Shown in pieces: positions 51,039-54,533 of a stretch of DNA of 54,533 nt. How positions within the stretch are numbered: the stretch's first letter is position 1; the number at the start of each line of letters is the position of its first letter. The DNA is from Octopus bimaculoides (taxonomy: Eukaryota). The translations under genes and the position numbers were made by a program. A model generated the notes under the pieces. The model was not told the origin of the DNA. It was given only the letters and a program-made list of their open reading frames with translations, and did not search any database. The stretch lies in the NCBI RefSeq assembly GCF_001194135.2, contig NC_068986.1, positions 44,918,132 to 44,972,664 on the forward strand, given 5' to 3'.

Positions 51039-53088
51039 AGATTAAGAATTCTTTAGTTCAATGTATAACCACTTATAGAAGAAAAGTAAGATGTAACAAA
51101 TAAAGATATATATATATATATAGTCTTGTCTCGCATATTCTTTGAATATATCTCCAGAATCTTGGGTCTTTTAACACTCCAACATAACTAGATGACCAAA
51201 AAGAATGTATGCTTTCATGTTTTTATCTAATGAGTTTTCATGTTGGTAGAAAACTGCAAATTCATAGGAGAGGATTTCCATTGAGATAATTGACCCAGTT
51301 ACATGATTGGTATTATAAACCTGCTTCTTTATGAGGAGAATGGAGCACCATCTATCTCAATTTTTGACAATGAATCATAGTTGTTCCCAGATGTAGCCAC
51401 CTATCAGTGACTCAGTTTCTGTGGACCTTTTCCATGTTTTTGGTCTGCTGTGCTTGCATCTCCTTTACAGGGAAAAAAGTAGAACTTGGAACTTGAATTC
51501 AAGATGTAGTGAGGAAGGAAAGGTAAAACTGTAATGTCTTCAGTTATTACTCTGCTGTCTGATACTTTAGTAAGCATCATCATCCTCATCTTCATTCTTC
51601 AACATTTGTTTTTCCATGCTGGTATGTGTTGGACTGTTTAACTAGAGCTGGCAGACAAGAGAGCAGAACCAGGTTCCAGTCTGATTTGGCTTGGTTTCTA
51701 TGGCAGGATGTCCTTTGGTGAGGATTTACATATTAAAATTGATAGAAAGAACAAAGCAGAAAGGAAAAGAATATAGAACTAACAACACTTAGTACCATCA
51801 AGTTATGTTCTGTTCAAATCATGCTTGAATTGATTTTTAGTTATCTTAACTCCACGGAGGTCAATAAGTACTAGCAAAAAATCTATAAATACTTCAGCAA
51901 TATGGATGTAACCAAGTTTACAAAATCCATCCATATTGTCAAGGAAAAATGAGAGTAAAGTCATATAAAAGAAAAAAAAAGCAAACTTCTTAATCTTATA
52001 TACAAAGCAAAATGTTGTCTCTATACATTGTGTTACTTGGATTTTTAGTCAGTTGGCAACCTCTACATTTTATATAAATTTCTATTGCATAATATAATTT
52101 GCACCTACCACACATGAAATATTGGAGCTGCTGTAGTCTATTGAACTGGATAGAATAAATAGTTCCTGCAAACCAACAGTGGGATAAAATGCAATGTCAA
52201 AGCTGAGTGTCAGGATTTGAACTTGTCATTAACCAAAGTAACTAATTACTGTTCAGCACATTACCATCTATGCCAACCTCACAGAACTGATAATAATAGC
52301 ACATATTATATCAAGATAATAGTAGTAATAATAAGGGTTATAAATTTTAGCACAAAGCCAGAATTTTAGGAAGTGGGAGTTAGTCTTATGGTTATATATT
52401 TTATGATTTTAGTTTGCATGTTTTCAAAATAACTAGGGGTGGGTGGGATATAATGGGTCATTTGCCAGAGTTACATCATTTTCTCCCAACTCCAAACCAG
52501 GAAGTATGATGTAGCATCATTCCTCCTACTAATACAAATGTTGTATACAAATGGTGACTCCTTTTCAAGTTCCTCATTTTGAATCACAAACCTCTGTCAC
52601 TAGACCAACCAATTTTTGATCATCAAGCAAAACTTTGTGGTGCTGCAGGAAGTACTTCAGATTTGGATTTTTTTGTTCAACAGATATGTTCAGAGTATCT
52701 TCTTTGCTTATGTTATGTTGGGATAGAGGGAATATCCTTGGAAGTTCATAAATTGAAGGAAATTCAAAAGTGGGGCATCATGAGACACTTGTCAGTTTGC
52801 AAGGTAGGGCGTAATAGCACATAGGCTTCTGTAAATAGAAGAAAAGAATTACAGTCTTCCATTACCTACAAATATGTGCCAGTATCTGAAAGTGTTTTAG
52901 CAGCATTGTTCATGTAATTATTGATATTTACACCAAATCAGAATTGATACAGAGGTGTGTGCTGCAGAAAATGCACCAAGGAAGTAACAAAGTCTTACAG
53001 TGGAAAGGACAGATGGTTACTTGCTTCAAAATGGCAGGAATGCACACATTCATACATAACACACACACATATATTTATATATATATAT

Positions 53089-53700
53089 TTTGGGTCACCC
53101 CATAAATAATGTGGTTTTTTTCAATTGCATGAAATAAAAGTCAGAGGTGGAGAGAATGAAATACCTGCATCAACTTGCTATAAAAGCAGGTAGTAATTTT
53201 ACCTTGTCCTTATTGTTAGTGCAAGTTTTGAAGAGTGCAGTTCGATTTTAACAGTCATTTTTTTCAAAGTTATAATGAAAGTGACAAAGGAGCATATTCG
53301 GCATACTTTGCTTCATGAGTTCAATAAAGGCAACAACGCAACGGAAAGCGTGAGGAATATTAATGCAGTATATGGGGACTGGACAATAAGTGTAAACTAG
53401 TGTCAATGGTGGTTTCAGAAATTCCGAGGTGGAAACTACAACCTAGAAGATGAGTCTTGTCCTGGAAGATCTGTAGAGCTTGATGAGGATTTTCTGCAAA
53501 CCTTGGTGGAACAAAATCAAATCATAACTGCTGAGGAACTAGCAGAGAAGCTTGGATTTGGTAATTCAACCATTCATTGACACCTGCATGCCATGGAAAA
53601 AGTCAGCAAATTGGATCAATGGGTTCCTCACAAAGTTTCCGAGTCTAATTGCATGCAGAGAGTGAATGTATTCTCATCTTTGCTGTCACGTCTCACGAAA
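53089..53700 (+). mobile_element. 3'-truncated mariner (DD34D-type) element
   Basis: Left TIR ttgggtcaccccataaataatg; from 53275 MKVTKEHIRHTLLHEFNKGNNATE..WFQKFRGGNYNLEDE..GR..ELAEKL..KLDQWVPH with stops. Confidence 0.9.
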
Positions 53701-54189
53701 ATTAACCTTCCATCAACACTATCTAGATTTAAGTCTAAATTCTGCAATAGTGTAGGGTTCAAAGGCCCATGGCTTTCAATGTTCTGCCAAAGGATTTAAG
53801 AGACCTATGTGGTATGGATGTAGATGTCTTCAAAATGCAGCTAGAACTTCAACAGTCTAGAGTTCTAGAGTTCCAGATGAGTCTACTTTGCAGCAAGAAA
53901 CACAAATGAGGGCAGCATCTTCTAACTCCACTTTTAACTGAATACCAACTAACGGCGTGACACAGTATGATCACAGCTTACAGGCTGAAGTAAAAGAAAA
54001 GGGAAAAAAAAGTAGATACATCATGATGACAATGATGAACGCTATATTCCTCGTATATACATAATGATATATACATATATATATATATTTATATATCTAT
54101 GTATATATGTATGTATGTATGTATGTATAGATATGTATGTATATGTGTATTTATACATCCATATGTATATATATATAAAGTGTAGTATA

Positions 54190-54400
54190 TTGCCACTTAA
54201 GTGTGGCTGACCCCTAGGGGTGGATGTTACTGTTGCTTTTAGCCCCAGGAGGACATCTCCTCCAGCTGGCTTATCGACACACGACTGTGTCCTGTTTGCC
54301 AAGGGAGTTATCCGTCTCACCGCGACCAGCAGCACGAACGTATCTGGATTTCAGGGTTATTTCCCTTCGTCGGCGTTCGACAGCTGATGACCTTGGTGAG
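54190..54400. repeat. GC-rich island, probably a retroelement fragment
   Basis: Abrupt rise in GC and CpG next to a (TA/TG) microsatellite; no motif identified. Confidence 0.3.
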
Positions 54401-54533
54401 AGAGACAAATCTGGCAAAACCTTATATCTTCTTTTCCAGTGACATTCTTCACTGATATTGAAAAGGTGAAAACAAGCAATGTTAATTCTCTAAATGAAGT
54501 ATTAACAGTAACTGCACGATAAAGTGTAGTATA

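Noticed and set aside
54360-54420. Hammerhead ribozyme (CTGATGA core)
   Set aside because: No correctly placed GAAA or supporting stems found
1-54533. CRISPR array, rRNA or prokaryotic operon
   Set aside because: Eukaryotic repeat-rich DNA with no regularly spaced repeat-spacer units or rRNA-like sequence

Overview
AT-rich animal genomic DNA from a short-read-type assembly, with four N gaps mostly flanked by microsatellites. The repeat complement resembles Octopus/coleoid cephalopod DNA (recalled, not searched). I could not confidently identify any host protein-coding gene; all recognisable coding sequence is decayed transposon. This comprises RTE-like LINEs, four Tc1/mariner fragments, a FLYWCH-MULE, and a Helitron with a RepHel C-terminal remnant. 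There are also many tRNA-derived SINEs and several MITEs. The most unusual object is a 279-bp element at 18222-18500 with an exact 9-bp target-site duplication, 82-bp GC-rich terminal inverted repeats and an internal 17-unit (TTAGGG)-type array. A CpG-retaining domain (~13.5-26.9 kb) lies between CpG-decayed flanks, suggesting an unmethylated regulatory or intergenic region between methylated gene bodies. Repeat boundaries are read by eye and are approximate unless a TSD is quoted.
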